Positions 8,676 to 18,503 of a stretch of DNA of 64,000 nt are shown here, in pieces (the stretch's first letter is position 1; each line of letters begins with the position of its first letter). The notes beneath the pieces were generated by a model. It did not search any database. It saw nothing but the letters and a program-made list of their open reading frames with translations, and had not been told where the DNA came from. Position numbers and translations under genes: made by a program. The DNA lies in the NCBI GenBank assembly GCA_963739785.1, contig CAVUBO010000039.1, positions 49,088 to 113,087 on the forward strand, read 5' to 3'. Source of the DNA: an uncultured Actinomycetota bacterium (GTDB taxonomy: Bacteria; Actinomycetota; Actinomycetes; Propionibacteriales; Nocardioidaceae).

Positions 8676-9479
8676 ATGACTGCCCTCGACATCGACCCCG
8701 ACGTTCTCCAGCGCGCCGGTCTCCGGCTGGAGGTCAACGGCATGGTCACGACGATCACCCTCGACCGTCCGGCGACCAAGAACTCCCAGACCCCCGCCAC
8801 GTGGCTCGCGCTCCGGGCGATCGGCGCGAACCTCGCCCCGGAGACCCGTGTGGTCGTCGTACGGGGTGCCGGCGAGTCGTTCTCGTCCGGCCTGGACCGT
8901 CGCATGCTCACTCCCGAGGGGGTGAACGGGGAGTCCTCGTTGATCTCGCTGCTCGCCATGCCCGACGGCGAGCTCGCCGACACGATCGGCGCCTACCAGG
9001 AGGGTTTCACCTGGCTTCGGCGCAGCGACATCATCTCCGTCGCGGCCGTTCAGGGCCACGCGATCGGAGCGGGTTTCCAGCTCGCGCTCTCCTGCGACTT
9101 CCGCGTGGTCACCGACGACGTGTCCTTCTCGATGCGCGAGCCGCTCCTGGGCCTGGTTCCGGACCTCACGGGAACAAAGCCACTGGTGGAGCTGGTTGGT
9201 TACTCACGAGCGCTGGAGCTCTGCGCGACGGCCCGCAACGTGGGTGCGGAGGAGGCCCGGGAGATCGGGCTCGCCACCGCTGTCGTGCCGCGCGAGGAGC
9301 TGCAGCAGACCGTGGACGACCTCGTCGCCGCTGTGACCGCACCTCTGTACGGAGCGGTCTCGGAGACGAAGGCGTTGCTCCAGAGCGCGCGAGAGCTCGA
9401 CCTGGAGGAACAGCGGCGCGTGGAGCGTGAGGCTCAGGTGCGGCGCTTCCGGGAGCTCGCCTCCTTGATGGGGGAGTAG
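8676..9479 (+). CDS. Enoyl-CoA hydratase/isomerase family protein
   Basis: FSSGLD and GHAIGAGFQLALSCDFR crotonase motifs; TAGGCT -10 box 6 nt before ATG. Confidence 0.9.
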   Translation: MTALDIDPDVLQRAGLRLEVNGMVTTITLDRPATKNSQTPATWLALRAIGANLAPETRVVVVRGAGESFSSGLDRRMLTPEGVNGESSLISLLAMPDGELADTIGAYQEGFTWLRRSDIISVAAVQGHAIGAGFQLALSCDFRVVTDDVSFSMREPLLGLVPDLTGTKPLVELVGYSRALELCATARNVGAEEAREIGLATAVVPREELQQTVDDLVAAVTAPLYGAVSETKALLQSARELDLEEQRRVEREAQVRRFRELASLMGE

Positions 9480-9521
9480 GACCAGCGCCCGGGAGACCGG
9501 GCGGGATCGGAGAGACGTCCG

Positions 9522-11390
9522 TTGTCTATGCACGGCGGCATGGGGCCGGCTTGGCGCAACCTGCGCACCGACCGCAGTGTCGCGCGCCAGAAGCTCGCGC
9601 GCGAGACCGTGCGACGGGTGGTCGGGTTCGCGAGACCTCACCGGCGACTCATCGCGATCTTCCTCGGCCTCGTGGTCGTCGACGCCTCCATGGTGGTGGT
9701 GACACCGCTGCTGGTGAGGCGCATCATCGACGACGGCATCCTCAAGGACAACAGCGGGCTGGTGACACTCCTTGCCCTGGCGATGGCCGGGGTCGCGATC
9801 CTCAGCGCGCTTCTCACGCTCGGACAGGGCTACCTGTCGTCCAGGGTGGGGGAGGGCCTGATCTACGACCTGCGCACGCAGGTGTTCGCCCACGTGCAGC
9901 GCATGTCGCTGGCGTTCTTCACCAGGACGCAGACCGGTGCGTTGGTGTCGCGCCTGAACAACGACGTGATCGGGGCCCAGAGGGCGTTCACCTCCACTCT
10001 CTCGAGCACGGTCTCCAACTCGATCAGCGTGGTGGTCGTGGGGATCACGATGCTGGCGCTCAGCTGGCAGGTCACCGTGCTGTGCCTGGCGCTGTTCCCG
10101 GTGCTGCTGCTGGCCTCCCGGTGGGTCGGTGCCAAGCTCGCCGGACTGACCCGGGAACAGATGCAGGGCAACGCCGACCTCGGCAACAACATGACCGAGC
10201 GCTTCAACGTGGGCGGTGCGCTGCTGCTGAAGCTCTTCGGCCGGCGCGACGAGGAGGACCAGACGTTCTCCGAGAAGGCCGCCTACGTCCGTGACCTCGG
10301 AGTCCGGATCGCCTTCGTGACACGGGTGTTCGGCGCGAGCCTGATGCTCATCCCGGCGTTGGCCACCGCGCTGGTGTACGGCGTCGGCGGCAGTCTCGCC
10401 ATCAGCGGCGCACTCAGCGTCGGCACGCTCCTGGCCCTCGCCACGCTCCTCATGCGCCTGCTCGGGCCACTGCAGGGCCTCTCGAACGTCCGGGTCGACG
10501 TGATGACCGCGCTCGTGAGCTTCGAGCGGGTCTTCGAAGTGCTCGACCTCCCGTCGATGATCCAGGAGCGACCGGGCGCCGTGGAGCTGTCACGGGAAGC
10601 GGCGAGCATCGAGTTCGACCACGTGGCGTTCACGTACCCGCGCGCGGACGAGGTCTCGCTGGCGAGCCTGGAGACGGTGGCGCGTCAGGAGACCCGCGAC
10701 CACGGCCCCGTGCTGAAGGACGTCACGTTCACGGCGCTGCCCGGCCAGATGGTCGCCCTCGTCGGCCCGTCGGGTGCCGGCAAGACGACGATCACGCACC
10801 TCGTGGCGCGCTTGTACGACGTGTCGGCGGGTGCCGTGCGAGTGGCGGGCCACGACGTACGCGACGTGACGCTGCAGTCCCTGGAGGACGCGGTCGGCTA
10901 CGTCACGCAGGACGCGCACATGTTCCACGACACGATCCGGGCGAACCTCCAGTACGCCAAGCCAGGTGCCTCGGACGAGGAGATCTGGCAGGCGCTCGGC
11001 GCAGCGCAGGTCCGCACCCTCGTGGGCTCCCTCCCGGACGGGCTCGACACAGTAGTCGGGGACCGCGGCTACCGGCTCTCCGGTGGTGAGCGCCAGCGGC
11101 TCGCGATCGCCCGGCTGCTCCTCAAGGCACCGGGGGTCGTGGTCCTGGACGAGGCCACGGCGCACCTGGACTCCGAGTCCGAGGTCGCGGTGCAGCGAGC
11201 CCTCGACCAGGCGTTGGAGGGGCGGACCTCACTCGTCATCGCACACAGGCTCTCCACGGTCCGCAGTGCCGACCTCATCCTCGTGGTCGACGAGGGCCGG
11301 ATCGTCGCATCCGGCACGCACGACCAGCTGCTGCTCGAGGGCGGGCTGTACGCCGACCTCTACCGCACGCAGTTCGCCGCCCACACCTGA
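9522..11390 (+). CDS. ABC exporter, fused permease and ATPase
   Basis: TM domain plus GPSGAGKTT, LSGGERQR and LDEATAHLD motifs. Confidence 0.92.
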   Translation: MSMHGGMGPAWRNLRTDRSVARQKLARETVRRVVGFARPHRRLIAIFLGLVVVDASMVVVTPLLVRRIIDDGILKDNSGLVTLLALAMAGVAILSALLTLGQGYLSSRVGEGLIYDLRTQVFAHVQRMSLAFFTRTQTGALVSRLNNDVIGAQRAFTSTLSSTVSNSISVVVVGITMLALSWQVTVLCLALFPVLLLASRWVGAKLAGLTREQMQGNADLGNNMTERFNVGGALLLKLFGRRDEEDQTFSEKAAYVRDLGVRIAFVTRVFGASLMLIPALATALVYGVGGSLAISGALSVGTLLALATLLMRLLGPLQGLSNVRVDVMTALVSFERVFEVLDLPSMIQERPGAVELSREAASIEFDHVAFTYPRADEVSLASLETVARQETRDHGPVLKDVTFTALPGQMVALVGPSGAGKTTITHLVARLYDVSAGAVRVAGHDVRDVTLQSLEDAVGYVTQDAHMFHDTIRANLQYAKPGASDEEIWQALGAAQVRTLVGSLPDGLDTVVGDRGYRLSGGERQRLAIARLLLKAPGVVVLDEATAHLDSESEVAVQRALDQALEGRTSLVIAHRLSTVRSADLILVVDEGRIVASGTHDQLLLEGGLYADLYRTQFAAHT

Positions 11391-11447
11391 GCGCGTCGCC
11401 CTCCGACGTACGTCCCGCTCGACCCAGGTCCGGCGTGTCGTGGCCTG

Positions 11448-11468
11448 ATAGTCCGGTCAACGGAGTAT
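11448..11468. promoter_or_regulatory. Inverted repeat, probable PadR auto-operator
   Basis: ATAGTCCG-GTCAA-CGGAGTAT (one mismatch) 9 nt before the padR ATG. Confidence 0.55.
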
Positions 11469-11477
11469 TCATGTCAC

Positions 11478-11837
11478 ATGAGTAAACCGCTGCAGGAGCC
11501 CACGTTCCTGATCCTCACCGCCCTGCTGGGAGAGCCGTTGCACGGCTACGCCCTGCTCGCCGAGGTGGAGAGCATCTCCGGTGGCCGGGTCCGCCTGCGG
11601 GTGGGCACGCTGTACGCCGCGCTCGACCGCCTCACCGACGAGGGACTCGTTGCGGTGGAGTCGGAGGAGGTGGTGCGCGGTCGCCTCCGCCGGACCTACC
11701 GGGTCACCGCCGCCGGAGCGCAGGTGCTCGCGGCGGAGGTGGAGAGGATGACTGCCCTGACCAGGAAAGCCCGGGCCCGACTGCGTGGCACAGGCCCTGT
11801 CGGGGCGCCCCTCCTGGGAACGGGAGCCGTGCAATGA
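11478..11837 (+). CDS. PadR family transcriptional regulator
   Basis: PLHGY, GTLYAALDRL and RRTYRVT motifs. Confidence 0.92.
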   Translation: MSKPLQEPTFLILTALLGEPLHGYALLAEVESISGGRVRLRVGTLYAALDRLTDEGLVAVESEEVVRGRLRRTYRVTAAGAQVLAAEVERMTALTRKARARLRGTGPVGAPLLGTGAVQ

Positions 11838-12814
11838 GCCCCGAGCGTCGCTACCGACTGCTGCTGCGCTGCTACCCCCGCTCCTACCGCGCCGAGAGGG
11901 CAGAGGAGATGCTCGACGTGCTGCTTGCGACCGAGTGCCGGCGAGGGTCCTGGTCCGGGCTGTCCGAGGCTGCGTCGCTCGTCACACACGGTCTTGTCCT
12001 GCGACTGCGCCTCCCGCTCGCCGGCGGGCGAGCAACTCCGTCGCTGGGCCTGGCAGGTGCTTCGCTCGTGTGCCTTCTGGCGGTCCTGGGTGCCCAGCAG
12101 CTGCTCGCGGGCGGCCTGCGGGGACTCGGTCTCGACGGCTATCCCGACGAGTGGGGTCTGCACGTCTTGTGGGTCGACCCTCGGTGGCCCGTGCACGCGC
12201 TCTGGGTCGTGACGGGGCTGGCGCTGCTGATCGGCCGGGACCGCCTCGCGGTGGTGTCCGCCTGGGCGGCGGCGGTCCTGCACGCCTGGCTCCTCGTCGT
12301 CACTGCGGCCACGAGGGTGGACCTGCCGTGGCCGGGCGACATCGGGCCGCACTGGACCGCCCCCGGCGGCGCCGCCGAGGCCACCTGGTTCGTGCTGAGC
12401 CTTGCCGGTGCCGTCCTGCTCGGCGGCCGGGTCCGCGTGGGTCGGGCGCGGACCTCTCTACCCCCGCGTCGCTGGTGGACCGTCGGGGCGGTCGGCCTCG
12501 TGGGTGCTGTTCTCGCCGCGCTCGCCGCCCCGGCGGCGTCCGCGCTTGTGGGGCAGGGTGCGCTCGGCGTCACCGACAGCGTCCGGGGCCCAGCCCTGCC
12601 GCTGGTGCTCGCCGCCGTCGTCCTTGCGCTGGGTCTGCTGCGATCTCCGCACGGCCGGGGCGCACTCCTCCTGCTCGGAGCGCTCGCAGTGGTACCGCTC
12701 GCGGTTCGCTGGTCGACGCCGATGGCCGTTCTCGGCGCTGCCGCGATCCTGTTCGCCGCCGGATTCGCAGTGGCATCGATGCGGTACGTCAGCGCGGAGG
12801 ACGTGCCTGGGTGA
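11834..12814 (+). CDS. PadR-associated multi-pass membrane protein
   Basis: YRLLLRCYPRSYR...EEML N-terminus typical of PadR partners; many hydrophobic segments; ATGA overlap. Confidence 0.75.
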   Translation: MSPERRYRLLLRCYPRSYRAERAEEMLDVLLATECRRGSWSGLSEAASLVTHGLVLRLRLPLAGGRATPSLGLAGASLVCLLAVLGAQQLLAGGLRGLGLDGYPDEWGLHVLWVDPRWPVHALWVVTGLALLIGRDRLAVVSAWAAAVLHAWLLVVTAATRVDLPWPGDIGPHWTAPGGAAEATWFVLSLAGAVLLGGRVRVGRARTSLPPRRWWTVGAVGLVGAVLAALAAPAASALVGQGALGVTDSVRGPALPLVLAAVVLALGLLRSPHGRGALLLLGALAVVPLAVRWSTPMAVLGAAAILFAAGFAVASMRYVSAEDVPG

Positions 12815-12875
12815 GGAGCTCCTGTGCATCCAAGCAGTCGCTTCACTAGCTCGGCCAGGCTACTTGCGGCAACCG

Positions 12876-13325
12876 TCAGGAGACTGCGGCCTTCACCAGC
12901 TCGACGACCTTCTTCTCGACCACGGGGCTCCACTTCTGGAGTGCGTACGACACCGGCCACAGGTCCCCGTCGTCGAGGTGGGCCGCGTCCTGGAAGCCCA
13001 GGGTCGAGTAGCGGTAGCTGAACTTGCCCGAGTCCTGGAAGAAGACGACGACCTTGCCGTCCGCGTTCGCGTAGGCGGGCATTCCGTACCAGGTCTTCGG
13101 CGACAGCTCCGGAGCGTTGGCGGTCACCGTCATGTGCACGCGCTCGGCGAGCGCACGATCCTCCGGCGCCATCTCCGCGATCCTGTCGAGGACCGCCTGC
13201 AGTCCATCCGCCTTCTTGGCGCCCTTCTTGCCCTCGGCGCGCAGCTCGGCGGCGCGCTCCTTCATCGCGGCACGCTCCTCGGCGCTGAAGCCGTCGGACT
13301 CGGTCTTGGAACTTTTCACGGACAT
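12876..13325 (-). CDS. DUF1801 (YdhG-like) protein
   Basis: GFSAEERAAMKERA, PKTWYGMPAYA and RYSTLGF motifs; SD AGGAAGG. Confidence 0.85.
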   Translation of the reverse strand: MSVKSSKTESDGFSAEERAAMKERAAELRAEGKKGAKKADGLQAVLDRIAEMAPEDRALAERVHMTVTANAPELSPKTWYGMPAYANADGKVVVFFQDSGKFSYRYSTLGFQDAAHLDDGDLWPVSYALQKWSPVVEKKVVELVKAAVS

Positions 13326-13467
13326 TCTCGACACTGCCTTCCTGGGCTCGAGGCTCGGCGTGGTACCGGCCATCTGAAGGAAGGCTAGGCCCGAGGCGAC
13401 CTTGGTGCTTCTCGATTCCTGATCGGATCCGGGCCACCGGTCGAGGCGCGGCCGGGTGTCGTCGCAG

Positions 13468-13758
13468 CTACGGCATCCGGCCGTAGGCGAGCCGCGACAG
13501 CGCCTGCTGGTAGACCTGGTCGGCGCGCAGGTCGGCGTCGATCCCGTCCAGGAGCGCGCGTACCCCGGGGCCGGTCCGCACAGGTGCAGCGACCGGCTCG
13601 GTCTCGAGCTCGCGCATCTGCCGGAGGAACTCGGGGGTGATCCCCTCGTGGTTCTCGGGCCGGTCCGCGCGCCGGCCCGCTGGTCTCGGCTCGCGGCCGC
13701 GGCGTCTCTTCGGGGGCGGCTTTGCGCGGCGCTTGCCGCCGGTGGCCCGGTCAAACAT
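13468..13758 (-). CDS. Hypothetical basic protein (96 aa)
   Basis: SD GGGAGAG before ATG; fills an otherwise empty gap; no family recognised. Confidence 0.45.
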   Translation of the reverse strand: MFDRATGGKRRAKPPPKRRRGREPRPAGRRADRPENHEGITPEFLRQMRELETEPVAAPVRTGPGVRALLDGIDADLRADQVYQQALSRLAYGRMP

Positions 13759-13871
13759 GGCTCTCTCCCGAGATGAGGTTGCCCTGTGTTCAGGAGGCCA
13801 CCGTAGCGGTGCGGGGTCGCTGCCCGCGCACGGGTGTCGGGCGGCCCATCGTGGAGCGCCAGGCCGACCGT

Positions 13872-13983
13872 CTCCCTGTTGGTGGAGTACAAGATCAACC
13901 TCGTGGCGACTGCGGTCGGTGATCACATCGAAGCCGTGGGAACGGTCCTGAGATCCGGCCGAACGCTGACGGTGTGCCGGGAG
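13872..13983 (+). pseudogene. Fragment of a PaaI/hotdog thioesterase
   Basis: Translates as LLVEYKINLVATAVGDHIEAVGTVLRSGRTLTVCRE, the C-terminal half of PaaI thioesterases, with no matching N-terminal half. Confidence 0.65.
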
Positions 13984-14022
13984 GAGACGACGACACGCCG
14001 ACCTGTGCCCGTGGACAGGGCG

Positions 14023-14811
14023 TTACGAGGCGTGCACGTCCCTGTCGGCGGAGACCCGGCCCTCGTCCGGGTGGTAGGGCGTCAGTTTCGCCTGACGGAG
14101 CTTCTTCCGCTCGTCCCAGACGAGGTAGAGGAAGCCGAACAGCGCCAGCGCGGCGAAGAACCACCACTGGATCCCGTAGAAGAAGTGCGGGCCGTTGCCG
14201 AGGTCCGGCATCTCGACCTTCTCCAGCGGCTGCGCCGGAGCCGGCGTCTCCTCGTCGAGCTCGACGAAGCCGCCGTACACCGGGAAGGGGAGCGCGGCGC
14301 CGATCGCTCGGCTCGAGATCGCCCGGGTCGAGGCGTCCTCCACCGCGGTGGAGTCACCGGTGGCATCGGCGCGCACCCAGCCGCTCACGGTCACCTCGCC
14401 GGCAGGCGCGGGAGGAACCTCGGGTCGGGTGCTGCCCACGTTGCCCGTCGCCATCCATCCCCGGTTGACCAGCAACGCCGGACCCTCCGCGGTGACGAGC
14501 GGGGTCACGACGTCCACCCCTGACTTCCCGTCCCGGGTCTGGTAGCGGACCACGACGGTCTGCTCGTCGGCGTAGTCACCCTTCACGGTGACGTGGCGCC
14601 ACTCCTCCTGTGCCGAGACCGGCTCGTCCACGGCCAGCACACTCTGCGCCGGCACCGGGTCGGCCGCCAGGTTGCGCTCGATGATGGCGTTGCTCTGCTC
14701 GCGGTCCTGAAGGCGGTGGAACTGCCACTCGCCGAGCCGGAACGCGAGGTAGGCCAGCGCCACGACCGCGACGAAGAACAGAATCCAGCGTCGGCTGAGC
14801 AGGAATCTCAC
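14023..14811 (-). CDS. SURF1 family protein
   Basis: LGEWQFHR, LVNRGW and GPHFFYGIQWW motifs; TACTGT -10 box 7 nt before GTG. Confidence 0.9.
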   Translation of the reverse strand: MRFLLSRRWILFFVAVVALAYLAFRLGEWQFHRLQDREQSNAIIERNLAADPVPAQSVLAVDEPVSAQEEWRHVTVKGDYADEQTVVVRYQTRDGKSGVDVVTPLVTAEGPALLVNRGWMATGNVGSTRPEVPPAPAGEVTVSGWVRADATGDSTAVEDASTRAISSRAIGAALPFPVYGGFVELDEETPAPAQPLEKVEMPDLGNGPHFFYGIQWWFFAALALFGFLYLVWDERKKLRQAKLTPYHPDEGRVSADRDVHAS

Positions 14812-14854
14812 GCGGTCGACAGTATCCGCTTGGTTGATGCCTAGACTGGGTCGG

Positions 14855-15853
14855 GTGAGCACCGGACCACTCGTCGACACGTTCGGACGCGCTGCGACCG
14901 ACCTGCGCGTCTCCCTGACCGATCGCTGCAACCTGCGGTGCTCCTACTGCATGCCCGCTGAGGGCCTGGACTGGCTGCCGACCGAGGAGACGCTCACCGA
15001 CGACGAGGTGGTGCGTCTGGTCACGATCGGAGTCGAGCAGCTCGGCGTCCGCGAGGTGCGGTTCACCGGCGGTGAGCCGCTGGTACGCCGAGGGCTCGTC
15101 GACATCGTCCGGCGGACTGCTGCTCTCTCGCCGCGACCCGAGACCTCGCTGACCACCAACGCGCTGGGGCTGGCGCGCACCGCCCAGGCGCTGGCCGAAG
15201 CGGGGCTCGACAGGGTGAACGTCAGCCTCGACACGATCCGCCGCGAGGACTTCCTCGAGATCACCCGGCGCGACCGCCTCGCCGACGTCGTGGCGGGACT
15301 CGATGCCGCACAGCGTGCGGGGCTGGGGCCGGTCAAGGTCAACGCCGTGCTGCTGCGCGGGGTCAACGACGACCAGGCTCCCGAGCTGCTCAGCTGGTGC
15401 ATCGAGCGGGGCTACGAGCTGCGTTTCATCGAGCAGATGCCGCTCGACGCCCAGCACGTGTGGCGTCGCGACACCATGGTCACCGCCGACGAGATCTTCG
15501 CCTCGCTCGACGCCGAGTTCGTGCTCAAGCCGGTCGACGAGCCGCGGGGGAGTGCCCCGGCCGAGCTGTTCCTCGTCGACGGCGGTCCGGCCACCGTCGG
15601 GGTCATCGCCTCCGTCACCAGGCCGTTCTGTGGCGACTGCGACCGGGTGCGCCTGACCGCCGACGGCCAGGTCCGCAACTGCCTGTTCGCGCGGGAGGAG
15701 TCCGACCTCCGGTCAGCCCTCCGAGGCGGTGCGGGCGATGAGGAGATCGCCGACCGCTGGCGTGCCGCCATGATCACCAAGCGGCCCGGCCACGGCATCG
15801 ACGACGTCAGCTTCCTCCAGCCGACCCGCCCGATGTCAGCGATCGGCGGCTGA
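14855..15853 (+). CDS. moaA: GTP 3',8-cyclase MoaA
   Basis: CNLRCSYC radical SAM motif, FCGDCDR...C second cluster, C-terminal MSAIGG; TAGACT -10 box 7 nt before GTG. Confidence 0.95.
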   Translation: MSTGPLVDTFGRAATDLRVSLTDRCNLRCSYCMPAEGLDWLPTEETLTDDEVVRLVTIGVEQLGVREVRFTGGEPLVRRGLVDIVRRTAALSPRPETSLTTNALGLARTAQALAEAGLDRVNVSLDTIRREDFLEITRRDRLADVVAGLDAAQRAGLGPVKVNAVLLRGVNDDQAPELLSWCIERGYELRFIEQMPLDAQHVWRRDTMVTADEIFASLDAEFVLKPVDEPRGSAPAELFLVDGGPATVGVIASVTRPFCGDCDRVRLTADGQVRNCLFAREESDLRSALRGGAGDEEIADRWRAAMITKRPGHGIDDVSFLQPTRPMSAIGG

Positions 15854-16054
15854 CTGCTGGTCGCCGGCGGCGTCGACCGGCTCGATCTCGCGCAGGAACG
15901 ACCGCGCCCTCAGGAAGTCGCCGAGGCTCTCCTTGTGCTCGTCGCACGCCAGCCAGGTCTTGCGGCGGTCCTCGGTGTGGAGCTTGGGGTTGTTCCACAG
16001 CAGCGACCACTGCGCCTCGGACGTGCACCCCTTGGCCGAGCAGATCAGGTCCAT
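15836..16054 (-). CDS. Small putative Zn-binding protein
   Basis: CSAKGC...WNNPKLH...WLACDEH pattern; TAGAGT -10 box 7 nt before ATG. Confidence 0.8.
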   Translation of the reverse strand: MDLICSAKGCTSEAQWSLLWNNPKLHTEDRRKTWLACDEHKESLGDFLRARSFLREIEPVDAAGDQQSAADR

Positions 16055-16239
16055 GCGGCCGACTCTAATGCGCAGTGCCGGACGACCACGGGGGAGGCCG
16101 TCCGGCACTGCGAGGCGCAGCTCGGACGGGGGAGACCGAGCGGCGCGGCGCTGATTCTTGCACGCGGTTCGACGGGTGGACCAGCGTCACGAAGGCGCGT
16201 CGCGCCAAGTCGTCGAAAGGTCTGGACCAGTTGCCCCTG

Positions 16240-16539
16240 TCAACCTGCTCGAGGGGGGCCGAGCTCGGGCCTTCCGGGGTTGAAGGCAGTCTCCGGGTCG
16301 GGGTCGGGGTCGGTCTTCGCCTGGGCGTTGGCCATGACCACGGCGACGTACGGGAGCAGGAAGGAGGCGGCGATGAACACCCACATCAAGAACCCGCCGG
16401 CGAACACCACGGCGAGGATGAAGCAGGCCGTTCGGATCGCCATCGAGATGAGGTAGCGACGCTGGCGGACGGCCACGTCCGCGCTGTGGCCCTGGGTTGC
16501 GGAGGTGATCCGGATCGGCTCGGGATCCTTGCGGGGCAT
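16240..16539 (-). CDS. DUF3099 membrane protein
   Basis: RQRRYLISMAIRTACF...LPYVAVVMAN signature. Confidence 0.88.
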   Translation of the reverse strand: MPRKDPEPIRITSATQGHSADVAVRQRRYLISMAIRTACFILAVVFAGGFLMWVFIAASFLLPYVAVVMANAQAKTDPDPDPETAFNPGRPELGPPRAG

Positions 16540-16649
16540 GCTTCAAAGGTACGTCGGACCTGGTGGCGTGTCGCACGCCGGTCGGCGGAGTCTTCGGCCC
16601 ACTAGCATCGGGCTCAGAGTCCTTGTCCGACCCACCCGCAGGAGAGACC

Positions 16650-16862
16650 ATGAGCGACCGCACGTACCGCGTCACCGAGATCGTCGGCACTTCCCCGGAG
16701 GGCATCGACCAGGCCATCCGCAACGGCATCGAGCGCGCCTCCCGCACGCTGCGCCACCTCGACTGGTTCGAGGTCACCCAGGTCCGCGGCCAGATCAAGG
16801 ACGAGACCGTCGAGCACTTCCAGGTCGGCCTGAAGCTCGGCTTCCGCCTCGAGGACGAGTGA
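16650..16862 (+). CDS. Dodecin (flavin-binding)
   Basis: TYRVTEIVGTS...WFEV...FQVGLKLGFRLE; SD GGAGAG. Confidence 0.93.
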   Translation: MSDRTYRVTEIVGTSPEGIDQAIRNGIERASRTLRHLDWFEVTQVRGQIKDETVEHFQVGLKLGFRLEDE

Positions 16863-16954
16863 CCGGCGTGTGATTACGGGTACCCATCGGTAGCCGCTAG
16901 CGTCGCGAGGTACCGCCCCGGGAGGGGGCCCCGAGAGCGAGTGAGGACGGCACA

Positions 16955-17659
16955 GTGGGTAGATCGGTCCTGGTCACGGGAGGCAACCGCGGCATCGGCC
17001 GCGCCATCGCGGAGACGTTCCGTGCAGCCGGCGACGACGTGGCGATCACCTACCGCAGCGGCGAGCCGCCCGAGGGCTTCCTCGCCGTCCGGTGCGACAT
17101 CACCGAGCCCGAGGCGGTCGAGGCGGCCTTCGCCGAGGTCGAGGAGAAGCAGGGCCCGGTCGAGGTGCTCGTCGCCAACGCCGGCATCACCCGCGACACG
17201 CTGTTGCTGCGGATGAGCGAGGAGGACTGGTCGGACGTCCTCGACACCAACCTCACCGGAACGTTCCGGGTCACCAAGCGCGCCGCGAAGGGCATGCTCC
17301 GCCTGCGCCGGGGGCGCATCATCCTCATCTCGTCCGTGGTCGGCCTGCTCGGCTCCGCGGGCCAGGTCAACTACGCCGCCAGCAAGGCCGGCCTGGTGGG
17401 CCTCGCCCGCTCCCTTGCACGCGAGCTCGGGAGTCGCTCGATCACCACGAACGTGGTCGCGCCGGGCTTCGTCGAGACCGACATGACGCAGGACCTGCCT
17501 GAGGAGAAGAAGGCGGAGTACAAAGCGCAGATCCCGCTCCAGCGCTACGCCACCCTCGACGAGGTGGCCTCCACGGTGCACTGGCTGGCCTCGGACGGCG
17601 CCGCCTACATCACGGGGGCGGTCATCCCCGTCGACGGCGGCCTCGGCATGGGGCACTGA
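16955..17659 (+). CDS. fabG: 3-oxoacyl-ACP reductase
   Basis: TGGNRGIG, NAG and YAASK motifs, C-terminal VDGGLGMGH; directly upstream of fabI. Confidence 0.93.
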   Translation: MGRSVLVTGGNRGIGRAIAETFRAAGDDVAITYRSGEPPEGFLAVRCDITEPEAVEAAFAEVEEKQGPVEVLVANAGITRDTLLLRMSEEDWSDVLDTNLTGTFRVTKRAAKGMLRLRRGRIILISSVVGLLGSAGQVNYAASKAGLVGLARSLARELGSRSITTNVVAPGFVETDMTQDLPEEKKAEYKAQIPLQRYATLDEVASTVHWLASDGAAYITGAVIPVDGGLGMGH

Positions 17660-17712
17660 GCACCACTCGCAGGACCGACCGAACGCACCGCACAGAACAG
17701 GGGTAGACGGGG

Positions 17713-18483
17713 ATGGGCATTCTCGAGGGCAAGAAGATCCTGGTCGCCGGGGTCACGATGGACTCCTCGATCGGGTTCGCCGTGGCACGCGTGGCGCAGG
17801 AGCAGGGCGCCACCGTCGTGGTCTCGAACTTCGGCCGAGCGCTCGGCATCACGCGACGCATCGTGAAGCGGCTGCCGCAGGAGGCGCCGGTGATCGAGCT
17901 CGACGTGACCGACCAGGAGCACCTCGACCGGTTGCCCGAGCAGCTGCGCGAGCACGTCGACGGCCTCGACGGGGTGGTCCACTCCATCGCCTACGGCAAC
18001 CCCGAGACGCTTCTCGGTGGCAAGTTCCTCGACGGTCCGTGGCCCGACGTCGCGCAGGCGGTCCAGGTCTCGGCGTACTCCTTGAAGTCGCTTGCGACCG
18101 CGTGCCTGCCGCTCATGGGGCAGGGCGGCTCGGTGGTCGGGATGACCTTCGACGCGACGGTGGCGTGGCCGGCCTACGACTGGATGGGCGTGGCCAAGGC
18201 CGGTCTGGAGTCGTGCTCGCGCTACCTGGCCCGGGACCTCGGGCCGCAGGGCATCCGGGTGAACCTCGTGTCCGCAGGCCCCCTCAAGACGCTCGCGGCG
18301 AAGGCGATCCCGGGCTTCGAGGACCTGGAGTCGATGTGGAGCGACCGCTCGCCGCTCGGCTGGGACGAGAAGGACCAGCTGCCGACCGCGAAGGCCGTGG
18401 TGGCGCTGCTGTCGGACTTCTTCCCGGCGACGACCGGCGAGATCGTGCACGTCGACGGTGGCTACCACGCGATGGGTGCATGA
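17713..18483 (+). CDS. fabI: Enoyl-ACP reductase (InhA/FabI)
   Basis: SSIGF, YDWMGVAK, AGPLKT and VHVDGG motifs. Confidence 0.93.
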   Translation: MGILEGKKILVAGVTMDSSIGFAVARVAQEQGATVVVSNFGRALGITRRIVKRLPQEAPVIELDVTDQEHLDRLPEQLREHVDGLDGVVHSIAYGNPETLLGGKFLDGPWPDVAQAVQVSAYSLKSLATACLPLMGQGGSVVGMTFDATVAWPAYDWMGVAKAGLESCSRYLARDLGPQGIRVNLVSAGPLKTLAAKAIPGFEDLESMWSDRSPLGWDEKDQLPTAKAVVALLSDFFPATTGEIVHVDGGYHAMGA

Positions 18484-18503
18484 CCATCAGGTAGCGTGCG
18501 CGC

